Notes: generated by a model not told the origin, from the letters alone. Counted from the first letter of the stretch, positions 51,613-64,000 are shown. The stretch is DNA of 64,000 bases from Trichosphaerium sp. ATCC 40318 (GCA_038496445.1 JALMLS010000379.1:62001-126000); one strand, 5' to 3'. Made by a program: numbers and translations.

Positions 51613-52692
51613 ATGGCACGTCAGACAACTAAGGCATCGCGTACATGGCGTGAAGTGAACGAAATAAGCGATAGTGAAGGATATACTTCCTTTACGGTTT
51701 TAAGCTTTAATACGCTTGCGGATTGCTTTGCAAAGCATGATAAATGGGAAGTTAGAGCTCCATTGCTACTAAATACCATTCTAACAAACAATCCTGATAT
51801 AATATGCCTACAAGAGGTAGATCACTTTGATTTCTTTCAAAAAGAGCTAAGTTAGTGCTTTTTAACGAGTTAAATCAGTTAATTAAACTCAAACATAGAA
51901 TCACGAGGCTACGACGCCACATTTGAGTGTAGATACACCAAAAAGGACGGTATAGCTATATTTTACAAAACACAACTGTACGTTATTGATAAGATTCACT
52001 GATTTTAGTTAACACTTTTTTCTCACTGTTACTTTATAATAACAGATCAGCTTAGGTTCTCTGTAATCTCCAGGCATGCTGCGAGACTTGATGGCGACTT
52101 TAAATTAGAAAAAAACACGTGGCCACAAGTAGTGCTTATGCTAAATCTGAAGTGCAAAGCTCCAGGTACCAATGTGAATGTTACACCTAACCTTACCTTG
52201 TTAGATGTACATGGCGAGCACCCAGAATTTTACATTGCAACAACGCACTTGAAGTCAGGGAAGAATTATGAGCACGTGCGCACGCAGCAAGCTTGTATTT
52301 TGTTGAAAAAACTTGGCGAGTTTGGGGTAACACCAAGTTCTACTTTGGTTCTAACTGGTGATTTTAATGCAACACCAAACTCACCGCTATATGGCTTATA
52401 CACAAAGAATGCATCGAATAAGTATACGCACAACTGGAAGCACCATTATTACCTAAACTCTGCCTATGCTTCTGGTGGTAGTAACGAACCTTTAACTGTT
52501 GATTACATTTGGTTTTCGGCTCATTTTGTACAAGTCAGAAGGTACTCAAGAGGTTTTTATTTATTGACTATATTCTCATTGATATATTTTATCAGGTTTT
52601 TGGATCGTCCTCGTAAAGGCTCTGTTAGAAATGTTAATACAAACCATCCTTCGGACCATTATGATTTGATGGCAGAAGTGTACTTGCTTTAA
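51613..52692 (+). CDS. Nocturnin/CCR4-like EEP-family phosphoesterase
   Basis: VLSFNTLAD, PDIICLQEVD, DGIAIFY, TTHLKS, TGDFNATP, VDYIW, PSDH. Confidence 0.88.
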
Positions 52693-52881
52693 CAAATGAA
52701 GTGATTATTTTGTAAATAAATGTAACTTCCCGTGGTCAGTGCTATCAATGCAATGACTTTGAGCTATCCGTGTACTCTCAGTTGTAAGTACAAAAAGTTG
52801 CGAAATGTGACTTAAAACTCTAAGGATAAGTCCGCATTCTTAGTGTTTGCGGCTGTTGACGCTTTACATTACACCTACACA

Positions 52882-53733
52882 ATGACAAATTATCTAGTTA
52901 GAATGAATATACGTAAAAAGCCTCCAGAGGGATGGCATTTGATTACGCCCGTTCTAGACGAGATTGATGCTAAAATGCAGGATGGTACCGGTCCTTTTGA
53001 TTAATTTTTTATTTAAATCACTGCATTGCTTTTTCATAGCACCATATCGTATTTTTGCGCGTGGTTATTACGTATTAATGCTTTGTAGCCGTTGAAGAAT
53101 CTCACGAAGGTAAAAGGAAGTGTGAGGCGCTCTGGTCTGTTCATAAATACCATTTCTGGCGTTCTCGCTTTATTTATGAGTCGTATTACAAACAAAAAGC
53201 AATTTCAAAGGAGTTGTATGATTTCTGCTTAAAAATCAAAATAGCTGATGCCTTACTCATTGCAAAATGGAAGAAGGTACTACCAACGTATTCCAAGCGT
53301 CAAACAAAATTTACCTGCCAAAACGAACAAAAAAAACTCACTACAAGCTAGCCTGGTTATGAGAATATCTGTTCGCTTGTTGCTCTACAATCAAACGAAT
53401 TTGGTGCTGTTTCTATCTGTCGTGTACCAAGAGCAGATTTACCACCTGGAAAGGTAGTGCAAGATATCAAAACAGGATGCACAGGCTGTGCTGCATCAGA
53501 TGTACCGTATGGATGGCGCCCAATCACCATAACGCGCAAGTAAGTAACACTCTCATACGAACAAAAGATCATCTCTGACTCGCGCCTTAAGACGTAGAAA
53601 GAAGCGTAGAGAACGTGAAGACGATGACGAAGAGGACCGAGAAGCAAAGCGTAGAAAGGAAGATTCAGATGACGATGATGACGATTCAGCTGCCGAAGAT
53701 AAAGAAGACAAAAACGATTCGGACAGCGAATAG
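52882..53733 (+). CDS. BUD31: BUD31/G10 spliceosomal protein with acidic tail
   Basis: KKPPEGW, SHEGKRKCEALW, RSRFIY, ISKELY, LIAKWKKPGYE, ICRVP, GCTGC; 3 introns. Confidence 0.93.
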
Positions 53734-53926
53734 GAATAAAGTCACTGGACTATCATTTTCAAACCAAGCACCTAATAGCCAACTCGCTACCTTAACATAT
53801 GAACGCATTGTAACAACTTGAGAAAAAATAAATGCTAAAGAACTACAGCAAGCTGCTTTGGTTCCTTTTTGTGGAAAGTTAAAACAAATGTGCTACAAGA
53901 AATCGTATTATAAGTTACTTTATATT

Positions 53927-56900
53927 TTACAAGTCAGAAACTTCTGGTTCTTGTTGTGCCGTAGGATTTGAATTAGCCCTGCCTATTCCCTTAAAAAAGT
54001 CTGCCGCAGCACGTGGGGAGAGCTCAAATCTATCGAACAAAGGAACTCTTGGTGATCTCCTTTCTGCAATAATATCCCTTGCTTTGTTGAATACCTCTTC
54101 AATAAGGTATTGATAAGTTTTAGAAAACTGTTTACCAAATAAATTACTCCTATATACAGCTAGTTCTGCATTTAAGACTAATAAAGAGGTCAGTAAAAGA
54201 AGGAAAGGAGGAAAAAAAAGCAACAAATGCAAACACATACTTAAGCGATGAAGGAATGACTTAAAGTAACCATCAAGCTCAAATAATGGAGGATAAGGAA
54301 CAGCTGGTCCGAAAGATGGTACATTTGAGTTATGACAAACACTAACTTGATAAAGAGGAGTCCTAACAAAGAACTATATTAGAAATAATTCGATTTTCAA
54401 GTAAGAAAAAAAAAAGAAAATAAAACAGAAAACACTTACTCTTCCTCGTCTCCCATTATGCATTTGACAATAATATACACCTGTAAAAAGTTTGATTTTA
54501 TGGTAAGAGGGTGGAATGGAGCACTCCCAGCCTCTTGAAATATAATACACACAATATCATTACCAATGAACCTTTTTCTAGCCCACTATAGTTCAAGTAA
54601 ATAAAACGAATGCAAACTCAGAATTTAGGTAATCCAACAAAAAGTACCTGCTGTCTATTGTTTTCGTCATACTTTAGAAGTGTTGAAACGTGAAACATAA
54701 TCTCATTTTCTTCGAATACAGTATAAACAGATGCATCACCAGTAGAACCATCTAGAGAGTTGTTTTAAAAATTTTACAAGTAATGATAAAAATCAATGGT
54801 ATCCTTACTGCTCGCATCTAATCCGCCATTAAAACCATTAAACCCGACCAAGTCTACTCTATCTCCAACTAGTTTAAGAAAAGCTTCATAATACTCGCTT
54901 CCAGATACTATTGTACATGTTAAATTGTATCAACAACAAGATGAATAAAAAACATACTATTACTGAACATGTCAGTCTCATCCGTTTGACCTTCCTTACA
55001 AAGCAAGATACCAAATTTGAACTTATTGCTCACCTATCATTTGTTTTAAGTACTCTGTAAAGGATTGTAGCCTACGTACTCGTAAATCTTTGCTTTCCAT
55101 GTGAGAAATCAATTTTTTTAGCTCATTATCTTCCCAAACAACGTTTTCTTGTCCCTTTAACTTTGGTAGAACATCTTCAGCGATTAAACTCGCTGCTTCA
55201 CTCCAATCACCATATATTGATGTATCGTCGCCAGAGAGATCAGTGAGATGCCTGTGGATACCCTAACAGATTATAAGCCATTAACCCCTTTTTTTGTTTG
55301 ATTCTATTAACGTGCGTTTTTATCTAGCACAAGCACACGATAGTGTGCTGTACCAGCAATCATTTCTTGTTTAACAACTACTATTGTTTGTAGTTTACCG
55401 TATACTAACACTATGTGTTGCAAATCTACAAAAGAAATGACCTTTTAGACTACAAGCACTTCAAAGTTGTTCATACTAACCTTTGTAATATTGGTCATAC
55501 CAGTATGTATTTACAGAAAAATAGTTTGGCCAAGACTCAATAGAGTCATCGGTAGTGCCGCTCTAGTAATTAATTAAACACCGATAGTGTAATTGGGTAA
55601 ACGTACATGTACATTCCACCCAGCACAAGGCGAGATAAGTGTGAATGATTCACATATAATATCTAATTCAACAACTAAGTCTATGAAAATCGTTAGACAA
55701 GAATAGCATTTGGCATATTGCAATCACTACCTTTCAAACGCTTAAACTCAATTTCAGCGATTTTCAAATCTAGTAAGTCACTTTTCAGTCTCCTAGGTCA
55801 GTGTTAGATAACTTATTTTGTGGATACGAAAACAAGATAAGTTGTACCTCAATTTAGAGCATACTGTGCTTAAAGACCGCTTCATATGCGATAAGTAAGT
55901 CTCCACGTCTGCTGGTAATTTATGAACAGACCCTTCTGTGGTACTGGTATGAGCATTAAAGCCCATCTCAATTTTTTCTCGAAACCATGTCAGTAATTGC
56001 AAAAAAGATAAAGTGTCAAATGTTGTTTCTTGCTGGATTTTGGCTTTTTTTCATATACGTACCATCTCGTAATAATTTACACGTGTTATCCACGATCCGA
56101 TAATGTCGCTTTAATCTATCCAAATAGGATAATGCAGTTATAGAAGCTGCAGATGTTTTAATAGCCATCAAAGCATTGATACTACAAAAGAAGAGTTAGT
56201 ACAAGTAGAAATTTAGTGAACAAAAAAACCCACCATCGTCCTATAACTTTTAATTCCCGCTTTAATTCCTCTGCACGTGCTTCTTCGCGTTCTTTGGTTT
56301 CTTGTACCTGTACTTCATCGCGTATTATCTTTACAGCTGACTCGGAAAAGCTAAAATTAACATTAAATCAAAAAAATTGAATCCAATAAAAACAAAAATA
56401 ACTTACTTCCAAAAAAACTGATACTCTGAAAAAGGGCTCAAGTGAAGTACTGGTACAATAATACCGCGTTTTTGGAAAGTAGTGCCAAGATCTAACGACT
56501 TCTGAGTTGGCATGTTCAATTTCAATTGTAAGTGGATTACAAAGTCCATTGCTATTGTCAAGGAGGTTAGTTTTGAGGTAAACAGCGAGAATTGATAAAA
56601 ATAACAAAAGATGTAAAGAGCAACCAGTAAAACCGTACAAGACCAGCAATTCATGTATATACGTTGACCATCGCGTATTTCTAGCATTCTAAAGCAATTC
56701 AGCCAATGTTCGCAAAACATGGTAGAAGAGACGCTAAATTGAACCGCTCAAACGCACCTCACGTTACGATATATTCTAACAAGAACGTCTAATTCTTCTC
56801 TATTGACGATTATGAAATTTTTGCTCAGACCAATAATGCTCTGCGCTGGTTCTCTCCGTGTAGAAGCGCTGGTCCTAGTTTAATAAGGCTAAATAATACA

Positions 56901-57033
56901 ACAAATGAACGCACTTTATAAACGAATTATTTAGCCTCCCATTAGAGGCGGAGCGAATGAGCGTATCTATATGTAGTTTAGAGTTAAATCGGCTTGTTTG
57001 CAACCAACCGCTTTCTTCTATTTTATCTTCCAT
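53927..57033 (-). CDS. Rap/Ran-GAP domain protein
   Basis: [49 protein letters not shown] (catalytic Asn motif), PSFGPAVP; about 20 introns. Confidence 0.9.
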
Positions 57034-57562
57034 TACAGGTAATAAACCCTTTGGCTCCGTTTAAAGATGGGCAACTAGATAGAACGTAGCAATAAACTCC
57101 TAATGCAATTCTGAAATTGTGAAATCAACAAACTTAAAAGGCAATAGCTTAAAACACTCTTTACATGTCTAAACGCCGTGTGTAACAATGTAATAAACGA
57201 TTAGTGTCATTTTATTCTTGGTAGGAAGGCTACTTGCCATTAATGGATAACAATTGTTGCAAAAGCTGTAAATACGTTGTATAATGTCAAAGACATTGCA
57301 ATATTCATTCTGTATACAGCACCTTTCGATGTCTTATGGAATTGACCCGGAATAAAGTTACATGTTTTCAAGAAGGAGCTTTGAAAATGTGTCAATAAGT
57401 AGAACTGAAAACTGCTGTTCCAGCTTATCTGGTGTTCTAAGATACAATACGTACTCGTCTAATAACTAAGATAAGCAGATCCAGCAATGGGTAGTTGAAG
57501 AATGTCGCCGGTCAAACTTGTTAATGCCTTCTTATCTAGTGAACCTCTGTATTGGCATCGCA

Positions 57563-60130
57563 ATGCGTTTGATATTGTTTTTCGCACTGCTTGTCTCAAT
57601 GTCATACGCGTTGACTCTTCCAAAGCATCCACGGTTACTTATTAACGATGAACAAATAGAATCTACCAAAGAAGCTCTAAAAACCGACAAAGCACGTGAT
57701 TTCGTAAAGAACAACCAACAGCGCTAATATTAAATTTTAAAGGTAGCGAAAGGTTGGTACGATAAGCTCGTTATACAGGCTGAAGGATACTTAACCTCAA
57801 ACTACACGTATGCTCTAGTGAAACTCAACTTTTCTTTGTTCTTTTTTAACCGTTTTCGCAGTTTTAAGTACCCAAGTGTTATTGGATCTAGCGGCATCCT
57901 GTTCGTGTCAAGAGACCTAAAAACGCGTGTCACAACACTAGCTGGTTTATATAGACTTACGGGGGAAACGAAGTACGCCAACCTAGCTACAGAGTACCTG
58001 CTACAAGTTTGCAAAGTACGACAAGCAATTGCGGTGGATTTTTCTTAACGGCTTTTTGTCAGTTTCCTATGTGGTACCCCATACATTTTTTGGATGTTGC
58101 TGAAATGACTGCTGGCGTATCCATTGGATATGATTGGCTTTATGATACGTTAACAGAGGACAACAAACGCGCAATAGAGGTGAACGGTTGTTCTTCCAAG
58201 TTTTTTTTAATAAAATATTAAGAAAGGACTATTTGAGCATGGGTTAAGCGCTGGAGTATCTTGCTACAGCGGAAACTTTACAAAGGGATGGTCGTGTTGG
58301 TGGAAAAGCGCTTCGATGAATTGGAACCAAGTATGTAATGGAGGCAAGTCATAAAAGCAAAAATTGTAGCTTGCAAAAACTTGAAGTGATTTTGTGCACC
58401 AAGTCGAACAGCCTAACAATTTTGTTTAACAAGGTATGCTTATGGGCGCTATTGCAATGTGGGACGTTCAAAATACGGCAAGTTCATTTATTTTGAATCA
58501 AACTGTTCAATCTATTCCATTGGCTCTGGACGTTTATAATCCTGATGGTGAGACTAAAAAGAAAGCTATCATGGATTACCAACAACAAGTTAGGTGGTTG
58601 GTTTGAAGGGCCAATGTATTGGGCTTACGCTACAGAATACACTACATTTTATCTTGCGTCTCTAATAACAGCATTTGGTAAGCACGTACTGCATGTCAAG
58701 TTTTAATTTTCTGCTTAAGGAAATGACTTTGGGCTTTTGGAAAAAGTACCAGGTATGCTCACCTGCTCTATGTCCGTGAGAAGTAAAATATTTGTTGTAG
58801 GTATGGCTATAACAGGGAATTTTAGGATAGCAAGTATTGGACCAGCTCTTCTGCGAGGTAAGCATAAACACTCAGAACAATGGAAAGCTGAATTTTGCTT
58901 AGACAACTATGCTGATTGCGATACAAGTTCAGGTGGTGTTTGGTCGATGTTATGGCTAGGTCATTACTACAAGAAGCAAATATATGTGAGCTATGAGAGA
59001 TGGCTTGAAGAAGATAGGAATCCAGACATTCTTCATGTTCTATTCACTAGGGCTTCCGACGCATCTCATAAAGTAAGAATTATTCTTACTGTTTTCCATT
59101 CTCATTTTTTTCTCTCAGATAGACTGGAACGAATTACCTCTTGAGAGTCATTTTAAAGCAGTTGATGTGGTGGATATGCGCACTGGATGGTAAAGAAAAA
59201 AAATCTCGCTGAAAATCGTAAAAAAGGTATTGATGTTCTACTAGGACGAGTGATGCCATGTACTTGGCAATTAAGGGTGGTGACACGACCAAGACACATC
59301 AGCATATGGATTTGGGCAATTTTGTTATAACAAAAAAAGGGCAAAGGTAGTTGTTCATGGTTTTTTTGAACGAGGAAGAAAAAAACCTCTAAAAACTAAA
59401 CCTAATTTTAGATTCATTCAAGATTTGGGTAGTGGAAATTACTCCTTGCCAGAGTATTTTGGAGCCAAGCGCTTCAGTTATTACAGGTAATTAGATACTA
59501 TATCTTATTGCAACTAATTAGCCCTGGCGATTGTTCACTCTACTTTCAATATAACTTTATTTGTGCAGATGTAATGCGTCAGGTCATAATGTGCCTTCAT
59601 TCAACGGACAGTGGACGAATCCTAAAATAACTCAAGCGAAAATAACAGAATACAAACCATCTAATACTAGTGTTACAGCTACGACTGATTTATCAAATGC
59701 ATACGAAGAATATGTATCATCTTACACCCGAACATGTACCAAAAAAAAAAACCCATAATACCTTTTTCTTAATATTACCCCGTAGTCACCTTGGATAAAC
59801 AATCTCACATAGTAAACGTTCAAGATGTTTTCATTAAAAACCCACAAACAAAAACCATCAGATGGAGGTTTCATACAACTGCTGATGTGAAGATTGAGTA
59901 TGTTTTAAATCATAACATTAACCTTATTGTTGTCTAGCGGTAATGTTGCCACTCTCGCACTGGGAGGTGAAACAATGGCAGTAACAGTTCATAGACCAAG
60001 TGATGTGGCGTTGGCTATGTTCGAATACAATCCACCACCTCCTCAACTTACTGAATTACACCATAAAGTAGTATATTTTGATCTTACATTAGATGAAGGT
60101 ACAACTACTATAAATGTAGAATTTAAATAA
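57563..60130 (+). CDS. Secreted heparinase II/III-like polysaccharide lyase (DUF4962-type N-terminus)
   Basis: Signal peptide; HPRLL, HFLDVAEM..IGYDWLY, NWNQVCNGG, PDGGWFEGPMYW, NYAD, KGG..HQHMDLGNF, GHN. Confidence 0.88.
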
Positions 60131-60540
60131 ACAACTTGATGTCCCTACAACCACAGTCAATAATTGCATTCTTTCTTTGTTTTCCTCTTATTTGAATTGT
60201 AACATTTAGACGAATACAGAGTCGAAGTGCGAAAAGAATAGCTAGATATTTTGTGCGAGATAACATGTTCCACCAACTGTCGGTGTTGTTCAGGTTAATG
60301 TGGTGTCCTAATTTTACAGCCTTTCACTGAAATTTTGCTTTCCTCCTGAACGTTTTCCTCGTGCAACTCCTGAAACGTTTTTGGTTTCTCAAATTCTATA
60401 TTGTTAGTTAATGATATTTGCGCAATGTTCATGAGAAGAAAAAACAAAGCATGACTTTGCAATATCCCGAAAATTCGATCCATAAATCAAAACAACAACT
60501 TTCATACCATAAACACAACACCTTGAAACATATACCAACT

Positions 60541-61465
60541 ATGCAACTCTCAAAAACCTTAACAACACTTGCTATATTCATTACAGTATGTGCATGTGTC
60601 AACGTCGTAATTTTCAAACCAGAAGAAGGCAGAGCAAGATACGGATACACTGATGGACGATTATCTGACGAACAACTCAATGAATACCCTGATGTTGTTC
60701 TCGCTGTGATCTTTATTTGCCTGAGCTCGGAGAAACTTATGAAACACTTGAACAAGCCCAAGAACACTCTTCTCCGCTTCCAGGCCCACTTGATTATCGT
60801 ATTCAAGCACATATTGGCGGATGTAGAAATGTTCAATGCAACATTCCTGATGGAAAAGGAGGTAATATTTCTAGAAGAGTATTCTGCTGCTCAACAAATG
60901 TCAATAATTGCTGCCCTGATGCAGCCGCTGTTCTTGTTGATAAGATGGTCAGAGGAGAGTAAAAAAAACATGTAACTACACAGTAAACACACTGAAAAGT
61001 ATTAATACGAACCACTTCATTGAATGATACTTTCTACCTTCTATTTTTACTAAACAATGTTTACAGGTGTGGTATTCATGTTGATGACTATTGCTCCTTT
61101 GTTAAGTAATAGCATACACACCATTTTCCTACCAGCAACGAATATACAAGGGTGAATAAATCAATTCAGAACCTGATGGTGCTAGAACGTAGACGGATTT
61201 CAGTCCTTGTTGTAAGTGCTGCAAGAACTACACTGCTTAACTCAGATCTGGAAGTGCTTTGTCGGATTTCATTTTCTTTGAGAGGGTACTAGAGTATTCT
61301 CATTTCGCCATGATTTTAAACAAGCCTACAATGAACTGCTGTAGACGGAGTGTTGGCAATAAAACAAAGGCACATAACAATCCAGATTATTTGTTTATTT
61401 TTCTGAACTACAAAGTAGCGTTTATGTATTATTGCATCGATAACTTGAGCGCCAACTACACATGA
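60541..61465 (+). pseudogene. Disrupted Cys-rich secreted protein gene
   Basis: The signal-peptide frame shifts near 60691 into a CC-rich frame; a downstream exon has three in-frame stops (61157, 61190, 61238). The 3' end is uncertain. Confidence 0.45.
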
Positions 61466-62849
61466 GTAAACAACAAAGGTTTTCAAAAAAAAAAAAAAAT
61501 CAAGCAAACAAGTACTTTTAATTCTGCATCTTCGTCATCATCTGTTACATCTATTAACATGTCTCCCTTTTTAGTCTCTTTTACACCCGTATCAGCATCT
61601 TTAGCATTAGTTGCTTCTTCTGGAGTACTTTTGGTTCCTTCTGGCTCTTGTTTATCCTTTACACTTGCTGTTTGTTCGCTTGGGAACTGCTCATGGAATT
61701 CTCTTTCAAATATTTGTACAGTCGTTTCATCAAAGTTTGTAAGCCTTACAAGCTTAATCTTTGTTTGGGGATTATTCTTTGCATATTCTTTAATAGTATT
61801 AAACATGATTTGAGCGCATAGCTCTTTCTAAAAAAACAGTGTTACTCGAAGAAGTATAGTTTCATTTTTTTTCATTAAATTTACATGAAAAAAACGTACT
61901 GGGAATCTAAAAATGCCTGTGGATAACGCTGGTATGGCAACGGATGCGTATCCAAGCTCGTCAGTGAGAACAAGTATATTTCTTATAGCCAGTTGCTGGC
62001 AGTATTGTTAGTCAATGAAAAGCTATTTAGACCACAAATAAATGAAGTTTTTTTGAATGACGACTAGCTATCTACGCGAGACCACTCCACTTCACGTATT
62101 TTCTTTCATTTACGCGTACGAGTAGATAGATATTTTTCGGCAAGAAAGCCTTCAATGAAAACAAACAGAACGTTAAACAGCTTTGTTTAAAAAACTTACC
62201 AAAATGATTGTTTCGCCAAACTTTCCATCTCTCCATACAGGGCCTACGGCATGTATGACACGCTTACATGGCAGTGTGCCTGCCGTTGTATGCATTACAG
62301 AGCCTTCATCTAGTTGACCGTTCTTGTGAAAGTAGGCGTCACTCTCGTGTTGTATTATTCGGCCTCTATTTGTTTTTAGGATCGGTGTGACGTCTCCAAT
62401 TCTTTTACGTACCCTTCTCGAACGATAGCACCTGCCAAGCCGGCTAAACGTCCGTTATTAATACAAATTGTGTATGGATTCTTTAAATCGTGTTTAGCTT
62501 GTCTTGGTACGTACAACAATGATCCAAGCGTTGGTTTGCCGCGTTTACTATTACATCTGCGTCTTCCTTCGTTAAATCACCGAGGCGCACTTGTATTGTC
62601 ATTCCTACGTTCAGAGTGTCAATAGAGCGAAGTTCAAAGAATTTCACTTTACCGTGAACTGTTGCTTCTTTTCTTGCAACAGATCTCTTTCCTTCTCCTC
62701 TTTCAACCACTCGCGGAGGTGGCGCTACATTTTATTACTCGCCAAGAACTTTAGGTTAGAGGGCCAATAACGCCACACGTACGCCCTGATGCTGATAAAC
62801 TTGCTGCAATAGCCATCGCCAGCATTTCGTCTTCGCTCATGTGTGCCAT
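61429..62849 (-). CDS. Macrodomain protein flanked by two ubiquitin-interacting motifs
   Basis: N-terminal MSEDEMLAMAIAASL; GDLT..DVIVNAAN..HCSGLAGAI..VIHAVGP..SVAIPALSTGIFRFP; C-terminal DDDEDAELKLALKLSMQ*. Confidence 0.87.
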
Positions 62850-63269
62850 GCTACGTATTTCGGTTTTGATTTAAGTCATTGGACAATAATAGAATGTCAC
62901 GCACACGACCTTTGTCGCCAATGTTGTTGTAAAACCTAAATGATTACATTGTCTTTGTATTGATTACAATTGCGAGCATTTGTGGCAATAAAAAAACGGC
63001 TTACCTTTTTCACATTTCTACGTCTAAATTACGCCATTACGTACCTACTTGAACAGTTGAGCGTAATAGCCAACCAGGGAATTCAAGGCTTAAGTTTTTA
63101 TTTTAAGGTATAGGTCCGCACAAAGAGCTCAGTTAACGCTAGTGGTGTTGATGCGCCTTGCCTACTCAGCCAAATTTACATCATTTACAAACAGAAGGAC
63201 CTGAAAACCCTTCCAACAAACACTCCTGCTTAGTATATTGCGAATTTCGCCTGTATTTCATTCAATAGC

Positions 63270-64000
63270 ATGTCTACAAACGTAGAAACCGATATCAAAG
63301 GTGCTTACCCTAAAGAACATAATTCTTCTCCTCTTTACGCCCCAACGGCAGATAGTAACGAGCGTTTAGAGGTGCGAACACATTGACCATGCTATAAGCT
63401 CAACAGCAATTATTAAAACGTTATAATTTAATATGTTTTGGAACAAGGAGACTCGAGTACTTTACTAGCTCCAATGCTTATTTTGCTCGTAGGACGAAGA
63501 TGCACAAAGTAACACTTCACCGGCGTCAAACGAACCACCAACAATTACTGACGAAGGTATTGCACCAAAGCTAATTGTACCGTTACTTTTTGGTGACAAG
63601 CTTAACGCGCCCATCATCTTTTGTGAAAATCACATTATGTATGCTGTGGTTGCTAACGATATTAGACCTCACCAGTATCCTTGAGGAGGGCGTAGGAGCT
63701 GATAATAAAACATCAGATGATGATGATAAACCAGAAAGCTCTGATACGCCCACGTCAACTAAGGACACGTCGTCAGCTCCACAAGACAGCAAATCAAAAT
63801 CCGGAAAAATCAGCAAGCACACACGCAAAGGAAAGGACAAAACTACGCACCTAGACGCCAAACCACCTATGCACACCGACGAAATTAGAACTTCTCGCAT
63901 CATGACCGCTGAAGAAGAGGCAGCTCAAGAAAAAATGCGAAGAGAACGGCATTCGGGAGGTAGACGCAGAGGCGCATTTATGGCAAGGTACAAACGTGAT
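63270..64000 (+). CDS. 5' part of a hypothetical gene with low-complexity acidic/Ser-rich N-terminus, running off the window
   Basis: ATG 63270, short GT-AG introns, open exon 63666-63987 ending at a gtacaa donor. Confidence 0.55.

Noticed and set aside
1-64000. Alternative genetic code or stop-codon readthrough to explain the fragmented ORFs
   Set aside because: Short introns explain the fragmentation; conserved genes end at TAA, TAG and TGA.

Overview
Compact, AT-rich eukaryotic genomic DNA with about 28 densely packed, intron-rich protein-coding genes. Introns are mostly 40-90 nt (donors GTA[C/A/T]G[T/C], acceptors TAG/CAG/AAG) and the standard genetic code is used. The gene content (Clu-domain protein, Cbl/STAT-like EF-SH2 module, ADGCNWG-type PP2C-like domains, RapGAP, F-box-Ras) points to a free-living amoebozoan-like protist (inference). 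All gene models were spliced by hand. Recognisable genes: carotenoid oxygenase, F-box/LRR, GGCT, ADHFE1, DUF547 protein, beta-carbonic anhydrase, POLR3C, EF-hand protein, divergent 14-3-3, WIPI3/Atg18, OXCT, IFI44-like GTPase, nocturnin-like EEP, BUD31, RapGAP, heparinase II/III-like lyase and a macrodomain protein. Most notable observations: (1) two introns with minor-spliceosome (U12)-like signals, one of them with an apparent GT-TG boundary in POLR3C; (2) at least 8 GC-AG introns; (3) a UIM-Macro-UIM protein, a candidate ADP-ribose/ubiquitin coincidence reader; (4) unusual fusions: F-box-Ras pseudoGTPase, SH2-SH2-PP2C-pseudoPP2C, and Clu with an inserted ZZ pair; (5) an orphan ORF whose stop codon runs into a 52-nt A tract. 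No rRNA, tRNA or CRISPR arrays were seen.
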